Source: an uncultured Nitrospiraceae bacterium
Lineage (GTDB): Bacteria; Nitrospirota; Nitrospiria; Nitrospirales; UBA8639
NCBI GenBank assembly: GCA_964525045.1
Contig: CAZGFD010000007.1
Coordinates: 120,394-152,393 of the forward strand
Length of the DNA stretch: 32,000 bases
Direction of reading: 5' to 3'
Part shown: piece by piece, positions 1 to 6,872 of the stretch
Position numbering within the stretch: the first letter of the stretch is position 1
Layout: each line of letters begins with the position of its first letter
Program-made: the position numbers and the translations under genes
The notes under the pieces: model-generated
What the model saw: only the letters and a program-made list of their open reading frames with translations
What the model was told of the DNA's origin: nothing
Database searches by the model: none

Positions 1-149
1 TGGTCTGTGCTCCCCATGATGAATTCGCCCCTGGGTATTAGCGACATGTCGTGATCCCCATCTTGTCCTGCTTGAGTGAGTGAGGTGACCCCAATGAAGA
101 ATATGCTGGAACAGAGTGTGATGGTGAGAGTTGTTGTAAATGGTTTCAC
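1..149 (-). CDS. Partial CDS (5' end only, continues past window start): secreted protein that opens an FGE-sulfatase/SUMF1-like domain
   Basis: Absent from the ORF track because no stop lies in the window. GTG at 149 is preceded by AGGAG (rc of 158-162) with an 8-nt spacer. The translation VKPFTTTLTITLCSSIFFIGVTSLTQA looks like a signal peptide. It is followed by MSLIPRGEFIMGSTD, which resembles the usual opening of FGE/SUMF1-type domains. Confidence 0.45.
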   Translation of the reverse strand, partial: MKPFTTTLTITLCSSIFFIGVTSLTQAGQDGDHDMSLIPRGEFIMGSTD

Positions 150-254
150 GGCTTTGACTCCTTTCCGTATGTGAATGTTATGACCGATTCATTGTTTTTG
201 AAAAGAGCTAGAATCTATTTCCCTGCTGAATGATGCATCAATAGACATTAAAGT

Positions 255-557
255 TCAATGACTTAGGGTTAAACTCCTAGGTTTGGAAATGTGAAGCCCT
301 ATTTGTGCATGATTCTGTAACTGTTGTCCGTTACGCTGTCGATTCCTAAGTATTGTTGGGTCGATGGTCTCGCCACAAGAGAGACACTTTCGAATCTCGA
401 TCTCAAATTCTCCTGTATTACTTTCTACATCAAAGCATTGATCAGTGATCATAAGACCACCGCATCGATGACAATCTTTGTTTAGTAGAAGTTTCATTGT
501 CCTCTCGACATCATCTTGTTCCTTCCTTGGTTTAATTTTTTCTATTGCAGTGGCCAT
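255..557 (-). CDS. Small zinc-ribbon protein (CxxC...CxxC), function unknown
   Basis: The ORF spans 255..569. The second ATG (557) has GGAGG (rc of 563-567) 5 nt upstream, so it is preferred over the ATG at 569. There are two Cys pairs, CHRCGG and CLSCGE, about 26 aa apart. The gene is divergent from the MerR/B12 regulator. Confidence 0.6.
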   Translation of the reverse strand: MATAIEKIKPRKEQDDVERTMKLLLNKDCHRCGGLMITDQCFDVESNTGEFEIEIRKCLSCGETIDPTILRNRQRNGQQLQNHAQIGLHISKPRSLTLSH

Positions 558-599
558 TTTTGCCTCCATGGTTAAAGTTTGTATAAACTTATGTCTAAT

Positions 600-621
600 A
601 TATATAAAATGTTTTATATAT
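600..621. promoter_or_regulatory. Perfect 22-bp palindrome ATATATAAAA-TG-TTTTATATAT in a divergent promoter region; candidate operator
   Basis: Read directly: the arms at 600-609 and 612-621 are exact reverse complements. It lies in the AT-rich 113-bp gap between the zinc-ribbon gene and the MerR/B12 regulator. A second inverted repeat, AAGTTT-GTAT-AAACTT, sits at 575-590. Confidence 0.4.
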
Positions 622-682
622 TTGTCAAGAGTTTATTTATAAAAGTTTTGATAAAAATTAGACTGTATGTTAGAAAATAATC

Positions 683-1603
683 ATGAATATTCACAGAATC
701 AACAGATTTGCCAGATTAACAGGGCTTTCTACTCACGTAATTCGGGCCTGGGAGCGACGATTTCATTTGGTACAGCCCACTAGGGGTCCCAACCGATATC
801 GCTTGTACTCGGATGAAGACGTCGCCTTATTTCGCTATTTAAAGGAAGAAACCGACAAGGGCTCTTCCATCGGGGAATTAGCGGAACTCGGCCGGGAGGA
901 ATTGCTCCGGCGTTGCAAACTGGCGGAAATTGAATCCCGTCAATCTAGTCCACCTATAGACCGGCTGATCGATGAACTTATCACCGCGTTGCAGGATCAC
1001 GATCGAGCGTCTTTTGAGAGGCGCCTAAACGGAGCAGTCGCGGTTATTCCCTTTGAGGAAAGTCTGAACAGGATTCTTTTGCCCTTGCAGATACGGGTGG
1101 GGGAAATGTGGCATGAAGGAAAGCTGAGCGTGGCGGTGGAGCACTATGTCACGAGGCAAGTTCAACAGAAACTCTTTGCGGCCATGAATCAATTGAGAAC
1201 CATGGATCACGGACCTCAAGTGGTGGTGGCTTGTCCCCCGAAGGAGTTTCATGAAATTGGAGCCCAAACGGTCGCCTATTTTTGTGCCGTGCGAGGATGT
1301 CGCGTTTCTTACTTGGGTGCTGACGTGCCGGTTCCTGCCTTAATCGATTTTTCGAAGAAGATTCGCCCTCATCTAGTCCTCATGTCTTTCACGGTGCCAT
1401 GGGGCAACGCGAACGGGGTGGACATTCTTGCTGAATTGAAAGACGGACTAGAGAAAATTTGTCCGCTGATTGTGGGCGGGCAGGGGATTCCTGCTATGCA
1501 GGAAAAAATTGAACGGTTCGAGATTGAATATGTTGAAGATCACCAGAATCTGGAACCCCTGCTATTAAAACTTTCCGGGTCTCGCGCGATATCTTCGCGG
1601 TAG
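683..1603 (+). CDS. MerR-family transcriptional regulator with C-terminal cobalamin-binding domain (CarH/LitR-like)
   Basis: The N-terminus is a MerR HTH (INRFARLTGLSTHVIRAWERRF...YRLYSDEDV). It carries W143-x9-E153-H154. It also has E188-F-H190-E-I-G193, then 41 aa, S235-F-T237, then 27 aa, G265-G266, which is the B12-binding Rossmann pattern. Confidence 0.88.
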   Translation: MNIHRINRFARLTGLSTHVIRAWERRFHLVQPTRGPNRYRLYSDEDVALFRYLKEETDKGSSIGELAELGREELLRRCKLAEIESRQSSPPIDRLIDELITALQDHDRASFERRLNGAVAVIPFEESLNRILLPLQIRVGEMWHEGKLSVAVEHYVTRQVQQKLFAAMNQLRTMDHGPQVVVACPPKEFHEIGAQTVAYFCAVRGCRVSYLGADVPVPALIDFSKKIRPHLVLMSFTVPWGNANGVDILAELKDGLEKICPLIVGGQGIPAMQEKIERFEIEYVEDHQNLEPLLLKLSGSRAISSR

Positions 1604-1840
1604 TCGATCCTACCACCCCGCCCTCTGTTCCACGGGCAGCACTAAGGTAATGTGACTTGCGCGATCGGTCGGAGTCCGGCAACACTAATTTTGTGTAGGC
1701 TCATATGATATGGTACGCCTCTAAACCAATGAAACATGATAGGTCTCCACGACTGGGCACTGTACCAACATCCCCGCCTAGGGGGAACGGGGGATCGCTC
1801 CCTTTTCTCCGGAGACGCCACTTTCGAGGCTCTCAATATC

Positions 1841-3775
1841 TTAGTGTCCCGCCTGTGGATCGGATGGGTCACGATGTTCTTGAACATTGGGCAATCCCTG
1901 TTTTTTGAGTATCTCGAGGATTTTCGTCGCCTGCCTGACTCCGAGCTGTTCCGCTCGCTGATAACTTTGGATCGCTTCCTTGAGACGGCCTGCATAGACC
2001 AGTGCCCTTCCGAGATTGTTGTGAGCCGCCCCATTGTCCGGATCAAGCTTCGTGGCCTCTACATAATTTTCTAAGGCCTTGTCTCGGCGATGTAGATTCT
2101 CGTAGGCTAACCCTCGATTATTATAGGCTTTGGAATAATCAGCTTGGTGTGCGATGGCTTGGGTGTAATCATCAATGGCCTCCTCATACCGCCCCATTTC
2201 GAAGTAGACCAATCCTCGGCCGAAATAGGCTTTCGCCCAGTTGGGCCTATGGGCTATTGCCTGGTTGTAATCCCCGATAGCCGCTTCATAGTTTTTCATT
2301 TCCAGAAACGCGCTTCCCCTGTTCACATAGTCATCGGTGTACCCGAGCTGGATGGCTTTCGTGAGGTCCTCTATGGCTTCGGGATATGTGCCTGCACGGT
2401 AATGTTGCACTCCGAGGTGGCTATAGGCCCGGAACGATTGTGGATTGCAACCCAGGGCGTAGCGCCAAAGTAGACGTTCGTGCGTCCAGTAGCTGTTATA
2501 AGAATGGGCCTTGAGGGAATAAGCGCCAATAAGAAGGCCTCCGACCACCGCCATCAAGGGTATGGCATAGCGAGGTTGGAAGCGATGGAAGTTCGTGTAC
2601 AACTTTTCCCCCAAGCAGACCAAAATGATGCAAAATCCTGCAGAGGGAATGTACATATAACGATCGGCCAGGATATAGGACGTGGGAACTAAATTGGAAA
2701 TGGGGAGATAGGATATGAGAAACCAAAAAATCCCAAATGCCAGAAGAGGTGAGCGGCGGGCGATAAAAAAGGGCACTGCCACAAGGGCTATCAACCCACT
2801 CCAGGAGAGAAGGGTTGCCGGTTCAAGAAGTGAGCGGGAAAGTTCGACGGCATGGTCCGGACACAAACCGCTTGGCCACACCAAAAGTTCTACATACCGC
2901 CAAAAGGTTATGCCCGATGTAATCGCGACTGAATACAGTGACAGTTCTCCACGGTAGCCCCTAAAAATTTTGCTGGCACGTAAGTTTTCCAGATCAACAA
3001 CGAGTAAGACATAGACCAAAAGAAGAGCTCCACCCAATATGATCCCCCCGCTCACCAGAAGGCGGTTCCTGATCAGGAAACGGTTTTCTTTCGGCACATA
3101 CAGAAACTCATACGTTATCAGGAGAAGAGGGAGCACAATGGCGACCTGCTTGGATGACAAGGCGAGGATCCAGGCCAACACCGCTCCGGTGAGCCAGGCC
3201 CATCGCTTTCGACCGACTTTTTGAATAAACCGATGGTAGCTGACAAAGGAGGCTAACAAGAAAGCCATACAGAGAGACTCTTTTCGATCCGTGATATTCG
3301 TGACCACCTCCACATGGATCGGGTGGATCGCGAAGAGTAGGGCAGCCGGGAGCGCGATGGAAACACGCTTGGATAGGGACTTGACGAGCATATAGAAGAG
3401 TCCCACCGAAAACAGATGCCAGAAAAGGTTGTGAACGTGGTAGCCGGTCGGTGAGGTGCCAAACAGGGCGTAGTCGACCATATAGGTCACTCGTCGTAAG
3501 GGCCGACGCCATCCGTAATATTCATCTCCAAAGTCCACCAGATCCCAGAAGTTCCCTTTTTGAACCTCAGGGTTATTGATGACCGTGTCCCTATCGTCAA
3601 AGGTGAAATCGGCAGAAAGGCTTTCCGAAAATAACAACAGAGTGAACCCCATTAACCCGGCAAGCAGGAGCCCTTCGACCCAACGAGCCGATAGCTTTTG
3701 AGGTAACGCCGATTCCCCCCCGGTCAACGTTTCCTTTTTAGGGGCGCGTCCTTTTTTCCCTTGCTGCTTACTCAT
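1841..3775 (-). CDS. Polytopic membrane protein with C-terminal TPR repeats; GT-C-type (PMT_2/TMTC-like) putative glycosyltransferase
   Basis: 644-aa ORF starting at ATG 3775 with an AGGGGA SD. Many hydrophobic helices fill aa 30-430. The loop after TM1, FTFDDRDTVINNPEV, carries a DD motif as in GT-C/TMTC proteins. About five TPRs occupy aa 440-615 (AYSHLGVQHYRAGTYPEAIEDL..., AYFGRGLVYFEMGRYEEAIDDY...). Confidence 0.88.
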   Translation of the reverse strand: MSKQQGKKGRAPKKETLTGGESALPQKLSARWVEGLLLAGLMGFTLLLFSESLSADFTFDDRDTVINNPEVQKGNFWDLVDFGDEYYGWRRPLRRVTYMVDYALFGTSPTGYHVHNLFWHLFSVGLFYMLVKSLSKRVSIALPAALLFAIHPIHVEVVTNITDRKESLCMAFLLASFVSYHRFIQKVGRKRWAWLTGAVLAWILALSSKQVAIVLPLLLITYEFLYVPKENRFLIRNRLLVSGGIILGGALLLVYVLLVVDLENLRASKIFRGYRGELSLYSVAITSGITFWRYVELLVWPSGLCPDHAVELSRSLLEPATLLSWSGLIALVAVPFFIARRSPLLAFGIFWFLISYLPISNLVPTSYILADRYMYIPSAGFCIILVCLGEKLYTNFHRFQPRYAIPLMAVVGGLLIGAYSLKAHSYNSYWTHERLLWRYALGCNPQSFRAYSHLGVQHYRAGTYPEAIEDLTKAIQLGYTDDYVNRGSAFLEMKNYEAAIGDYNQAIAHRPNWAKAYFGRGLVYFEMGRYEEAIDDYTQAIAHQADYSKAYNNRGLAYENLHRRDKALENYVEATKLDPDNGAAHNNLGRALVYAGRLKEAIQSYQRAEQLGVRQATKILEILKKQGLPNVQEHRDPSDPQAGH

Positions 3776-4330
3776 GAGGTCCCCTTAAAAATAAAAAGCC
3801 CTCATCCTACGTATTTACATGGATGGACATGTTTCAGATTTCAATGTTCAAAAATAGAGAGGCGGTATCCGATACCGGCAACATGACACTTGGAATGCCA
3901 ACGCATGAACCGGGCCTTCACGAATGTCCCCTTCACGCGTCCTGAAATTCGGGGTGTTGTTTGATCGCTGCCAGTATTTGGGTCGGAATCAATTGAATCG
4001 AAAGCGATAGGAATGAAAGGAGGACTGGAATGATCATTCATGAGCGGGGTTCACCCTCATTGTGGCACCCGACTTTTGTAGCAACTTCAGGGGTATCGGC
4101 TCAAGGACCAGGTCCGCGGGCTTGCTACCCCCTATTCAGGATTTTGTATGCGAGACGTTGCTTTGGATCAGGTCAGGAACCTGAAAACCATCAATCATCC
4201 CATGGCCAATGGTTGATAGGGCCATGGTTGACAGGTTCGGGCTGGTTTGTTAAACGATAGAGTATGAGGCGAGGGGGACAGCGTTGTCGCTCCTTGCAAT
4301 AAAGAAGAAATTGTTTGACTGGACAATGAA

Positions 4331-4370
4331 CGTCCATTTCCCCGATGGGGGAGATGGGCGTTTTTTTTTT
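4331..4370 (+). terminator. Rho-independent terminator: 13-bp stem, GATG loop, T10
   Basis: CGTCCATTTCCCC (4331-4343) pairs with GGGGAGATGGGCG (4348-4360), giving 11 Watson-Crick pairs and 2 G-U pairs. The loop is 4344-4347 and ten T residues follow at 4361-4370. The complementary strand has no U-tract after the stem, so this is a plus-strand terminator. Confidence 0.8.
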
Positions 4371-4393
4371 CTATTTGGAACAGCGGAAGGACC

Positions 4394-5629
4394 ATGAATT
4401 CTCACCTCCCGTTAGAGATTCATCAACTGTTTGATCATATTACGGCTGTTCTGACGGGTGATGGGTCTCCGGAACTCCGTATCGGAAAGGTCTTAGCGCT
4501 TGTGAAACAAGCGCGCGGTCGAGTACTGGCGGAGCCCAAGAATCAGGTCCCGCTGTCCTCATTGTCTCCGGAAATTCCACTCGCTCCAGGATCTCTCCCC
4601 CCTCTGGAATCCAAACGAAAACGCCCGAAGCCATTTCCACGGCTCATTGGTGAAAGTCCCGCTATGACCTCAATCTTTGAGACGATTGAACGCGTTGGGG
4701 ACAGCCAGGCGACCGTCTTGATTCGAGGCGAAAGCGGGACAGGAAAAGAATTGGTGGCCCAGGCGATTCATGAGGCCGGTGTTCGTCATCAAGGTCCCTT
4801 TGTGCCGGTTCACTGCGCCGCGTTGCCGGAGTCGTTGATCGAATCGGCGTTGTTTGGTTATGAGCGTGGGGCATTCACGGGAGCGGTGCAGATGCGAAAA
4901 GGGAAAGTTGACCAGGCTTCAGGAGGAACGCTCTTTTTGGATGAAGTCGGAGATATTCCGGTGAGTACTCAGGTGAAACTCCTTCGAGTCCTTCAGGAAC
5001 GCCAATATGAACGGGTAGGGGGGCTGACGACTTTGCCGGCCGATATTCGTGTCCTTGCAGCCACCCATCGTGATCTAGAGGCAATGGTGGCATCGGGAAC
5101 CTTTCGGGAGGATTTGTATTATCGACTCAACGTCGTGCCGATTCGGGTCCCGCCGGTTCGGGAGCGGAAGGAGGATATTCCGTTACTCGTGAAAAATTTT
5201 CTCGACCGATTCAATCGGGAGAATCGACGACAGGTGAAGTTGAGTCCAGACGTCATGGCGATCTTTGCGAGATACCATTGGCCGGGGAATGTCCGGGAGC
5301 TTCAGAATTGTATTGAACGGTTGGTGGTATTGGCTGACTCTTCGACGCTTACTATTACTGCCATTCCGAAACCCTTGCGATCCTATATCGACCATATTAA
5401 GGACGTGACCTCCACTTCCCGTCCTTCCTCGGAAAGAAAGGCCATGGAGACTTTACCTTCGCACGTTCAAAACATTGAACGCGAGCAACTGATTCATGTG
5501 CTTAACGAAGTGGCATGGAACAAAGCAAAGGCGGGGCGCAGGTTGGGATTGACTGCTCGTCAGGTCGCCTATAAAGTTCAAAAATATGCCATAGGAAAAC
5601 CTTCAAAGGCTCTTTCAGCTACACCTTAA
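4394..5629 (+). CDS. Sigma-54-dependent transcriptional activator (bacterial enhancer-binding protein) lacking an N-terminal sensor or receiver domain
   Basis: Walker A GESGTGKE, the sigma-54 contact loop ERGAFTGA, Walker B TLFLDEVG, and a C-terminal Fis-type HTH (AGRRLGLTARQVAYKVQKY). Only about 82 aa (a short helix plus a Pro-rich linker) precede the AAA+ core. Confidence 0.95.
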   Translation: MNSHLPLEIHQLFDHITAVLTGDGSPELRIGKVLALVKQARGRVLAEPKNQVPLSSLSPEIPLAPGSLPPLESKRKRPKPFPRLIGESPAMTSIFETIERVGDSQATVLIRGESGTGKELVAQAIHEAGVRHQGPFVPVHCAALPESLIESALFGYERGAFTGAVQMRKGKVDQASGGTLFLDEVGDIPVSTQVKLLRVLQERQYERVGGLTTLPADIRVLAATHRDLEAMVASGTFREDLYYRLNVVPIRVPPVRERKEDIPLLVKNFLDRFNRENRRQVKLSPDVMAIFARYHWPGNVRELQNCIERLVVLADSSTLTITAIPKPLRSYIDHIKDVTSTSRPSSERKAMETLPSHVQNIEREQLIHVLNEVAWNKAKAGRRLGLTARQVAYKVQKYAIGKPSKALSATP

Positions 5630-5684
5630 ACAGTTTTTCGACTCAAATATTTTTCCATCCTCAAACCTACAACCAGCCCGACGC

Positions 5685-5718
5685 GACAAAAATGTCGGTA
5701 GTGAGAGACAAAATTGTC
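5685..5718. promoter_or_regulatory. Two GACA-N4-TGTC palindromes 22 bp apart; candidate upstream activator sequences (UAS) for the adjacent EBP
   Basis: GACAAAAATGTC at 5685-5696 (extends to CGACA...TGTCG) and GACAAAATTGTC at 5707-5718. The centre-to-centre spacing is 22 bp. They lie about 80-110 bp upstream of the -24 element. Confidence 0.5.
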
Positions 5719-5793
5719 GAGTCCTTCCTCATGACCGCCGCCATTTTTTTCGAAAACCCGCAGTTTTCATGTACTTACTAGTGGAATGACTCT

Positions 5794-5809
5794 TGGCAAG
5801 AGAATTGCT
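5794..5809 (+). promoter_or_regulatory. Sigma-54 (-24/-12) promoter for the FNT-nirA operon
   Basis: TGGCAAG-AGAA-TTGCT compared with the consensus TGGCACG-N4-TTGCW. GG is at 5795-5796 and GC at 5807-5808, exactly 12 bp apart. The orientation is correct and it sits about 175 bp upstream of the FNT ATG. Confidence 0.75.
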
Positions 5810-5895
5810 AGAGACAATATTAGTATTTCACTAATCCGAATTATCAATCTACGCTAATCGTTGATGAGCCCGGTGGCAATGGCGCCACTGCTGAC

Positions 5896-5944
5896 GGATG
5901 CCAACGGCGTTGGGATCCATCCACAGCAGTTGGCGTTTTTTTTT
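5896..5944 (+). terminator. Hairpin(s) plus T9 tract in the FNT-nirA leader; possible attenuator, or terminator of the upstream EBP gene
   Basis: A local hairpin spans 5896-5918 (9 bp, one mismatch, GGC loop). The same CCAAC (5901-5905) can instead pair with a second GTTGG (5929-5933), giving a 7-bp helix at 5899-5905/5929-5935 that abuts T9 (5936-5944). The terminator form has a long imperfect loop, so this call is tentative. Confidence 0.4.
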
Positions 5945-5982
5945 CGTTTGACAATCAATAGAACATTCTGAGGGGGAAATTC

Positions 5983-6825
5983 ATGCATACCGATGATCTC
6001 GAGCGAATGGTTCTTATGGCAAAGAAAAAAGTCGAGTACCAACAAACGTCTCCGTTGGGCTATATAGTGCTCGCCATGTTGGCGGGAGTCTACTTGGGTT
6101 TTGGGATTACATTAATTTTTAGTGTTGGGGCGCCCTTTGCTGCTGAGGGATCGGCTGCGGTGAAGTTGGTGATGGGTGCGTCCTTTGGGATTGCCCTCAC
6201 CTTAATCATATTTGCAGGGGCGGAATTATTTACGGGCAATAATATGATTTGCACAATTGGAGCCTTGGGACAAGGGATATCTTGTTCGCAACTCAGTCAG
6301 ATTTTTCTGTGGTCTTTTCTAGGAAATCTGGCCGGCTCCCTGGGTATTTCATGGGTGGTCGCTCAATCAGGGGTTTTGGCCAATGCACCACACATCGACC
6401 TTCTCATGAAAGTGGCAGGCGCCAAAATGTCTCTACCGGCCTGGGAATTATTCCTTCGGGGAATCTTGTGTAATTGGTTGGTATGCCTGGCCGTCTGGAT
6501 GGCGATGCGGACAACGAATGAAGCCGCGAAAATCATGCTGATTTTCTGGTGCTTATTCGCGTTTGTTGGCAGTGGCTTCGAACATAGTATTGCGAATCAA
6601 TCCGTGCTCGCCATCGCGTTATTTCTTCCCCATGGGGTTGAAATTTCCTGGGCTGGGTTCGCCTGGAACCAATTGTGGGTGGTGTTGGGGAATGTAGTCG
6701 GGGGGGCCGTGTTTATGGGAGGGGCATACTGGTTAACGAGTCCGCTTCCCGGGAAGGTCTCCGAACCGTCCTCGGTCAAAAAACCATCGGCCCCTTTGTT
6801 GGAAACCCAGGGGGTACAAGGATAA
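5983..6825 (+). CDS. Formate/nitrite transporter (FNT) family channel, NirC/FocA-like
   Basis: Contains the FNT signature motifs GAELFTGNN and GFEHSIANQ and six hydrophobic helices. SD GAGGGGG lies upstream of ATG 5983. The gene sits immediately upstream of nirA. Confidence 0.92.
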   Translation: MHTDDLERMVLMAKKKVEYQQTSPLGYIVLAMLAGVYLGFGITLIFSVGAPFAAEGSAAVKLVMGASFGIALTLIIFAGAELFTGNNMICTIGALGQGISCSQLSQIFLWSFLGNLAGSLGISWVVAQSGVLANAPHIDLLMKVAGAKMSLPAWELFLRGILCNWLVCLAVWMAMRTTNEAAKIMLIFWCLFAFVGSGFEHSIANQSVLAIALFLPHGVEISWAGFAWNQLWVVLGNVVGGAVFMGGAYWLTSPLPGKVSEPSSVKKPSAPLLETQGVQG

Positions 6826-6872
6826 CTCATTCACAGGCCTTGTTGGTCTTTGATGATGAGAAAGGAATAAAG

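Noticed and set aside
1055-1064. GAGGAAAGTC, reminiscent of the RNase P RNA conserved core.
   Set aside because: It lies inside the well-supported MerR/B12 CDS, and none of the flanking RNase P helices are present.
1642-3512. Many overlapping or antisense ORFs in the track (e.g. 1642-2046-, 1736-2074+, 2002-2280+, 2144-2473+, 2480-2692+, 2715-2957+, 3108-3512-).
   Set aside because: All overlap the 644-aa TMTC/TPR gene, which has coherent TM and TPR features. Their translations are Arg/Pro/Gly-rich and low-complexity, as expected for off-frame reads.
4063-4080. TGGCAC followed by CCGACTTTTGTA; a possible second sigma-54 promoter driving the upstream leader or sRNA.
   Set aside because: The -24 half is perfect, but TT rather than GC sits at the required +12 spacing (4076-4077), and the nearest GC is 5 nt out of register. 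I found no GACA-N4-TGTC site upstream. I keep it only as a weak possibility.
4168-4184. TCAGGTCAGGAACCTGA, superficially like the SRP (4.5S) RNA conserved region.
   Set aside because: It lacks the GGAAGCAGCC-type motif and the symmetric-loop context. It is just a small 5-bp hairpin.
4030-4260. 76-aa ORF as a genuine protein-coding gene.
   Set aside because: It has an excellent SD and a downstream terminator, but a W/G/P/S-rich composition with no hydrophobic core or motif. An equally long antisense ORF (3841-4041) overlaps its start. I left it unresolved and discuss it under the 3776-4393 finding rather than calling it a CDS.
4320-4336. Hairpin with an AATGAAC loop overlapping the terminator's 5' arm, considered as an ANTAR-type antiterminator target.
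   Set aside because: As I recall them, ANTAR substrates have two tandem hairpins with hexaloops (A at position 1, G at position 4). This loop is 7 nt, and the upstream hairpin (4296-4314) has a 9-nt loop. No ANTAR protein is encoded in the window.
5946-5951. Perfect TTGACA -35 hexamer just upstream of the FNT gene.
   Set aside because: No acceptable -10 hexamer lies 16-18 bp downstream; the sequence there is the AGGGGG SD.
5864-5971. 35-codon upstream ORF (MSPVAMAPLLTDANGVGIHPQQLAFFFRLTINRTF) spanning the leader hairpins and ending in the FNT SD.
   Set aside because: It has no Shine-Dalgarno and no regulatory codon run, and an antisense ORF of similar length exists. It is not supportable as a leader peptide from sequence alone.
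6675-6872. Longer N-terminal extension of the nirA ORF starting at 6675.
   Set aside because: It would overlap the last 150 nt of the FNT gene, and the extension is Gly/Arg-rich with no homology signal. ATG 6873 starts the conserved NirA N-terminus (MNKVELLKSEKDGL).
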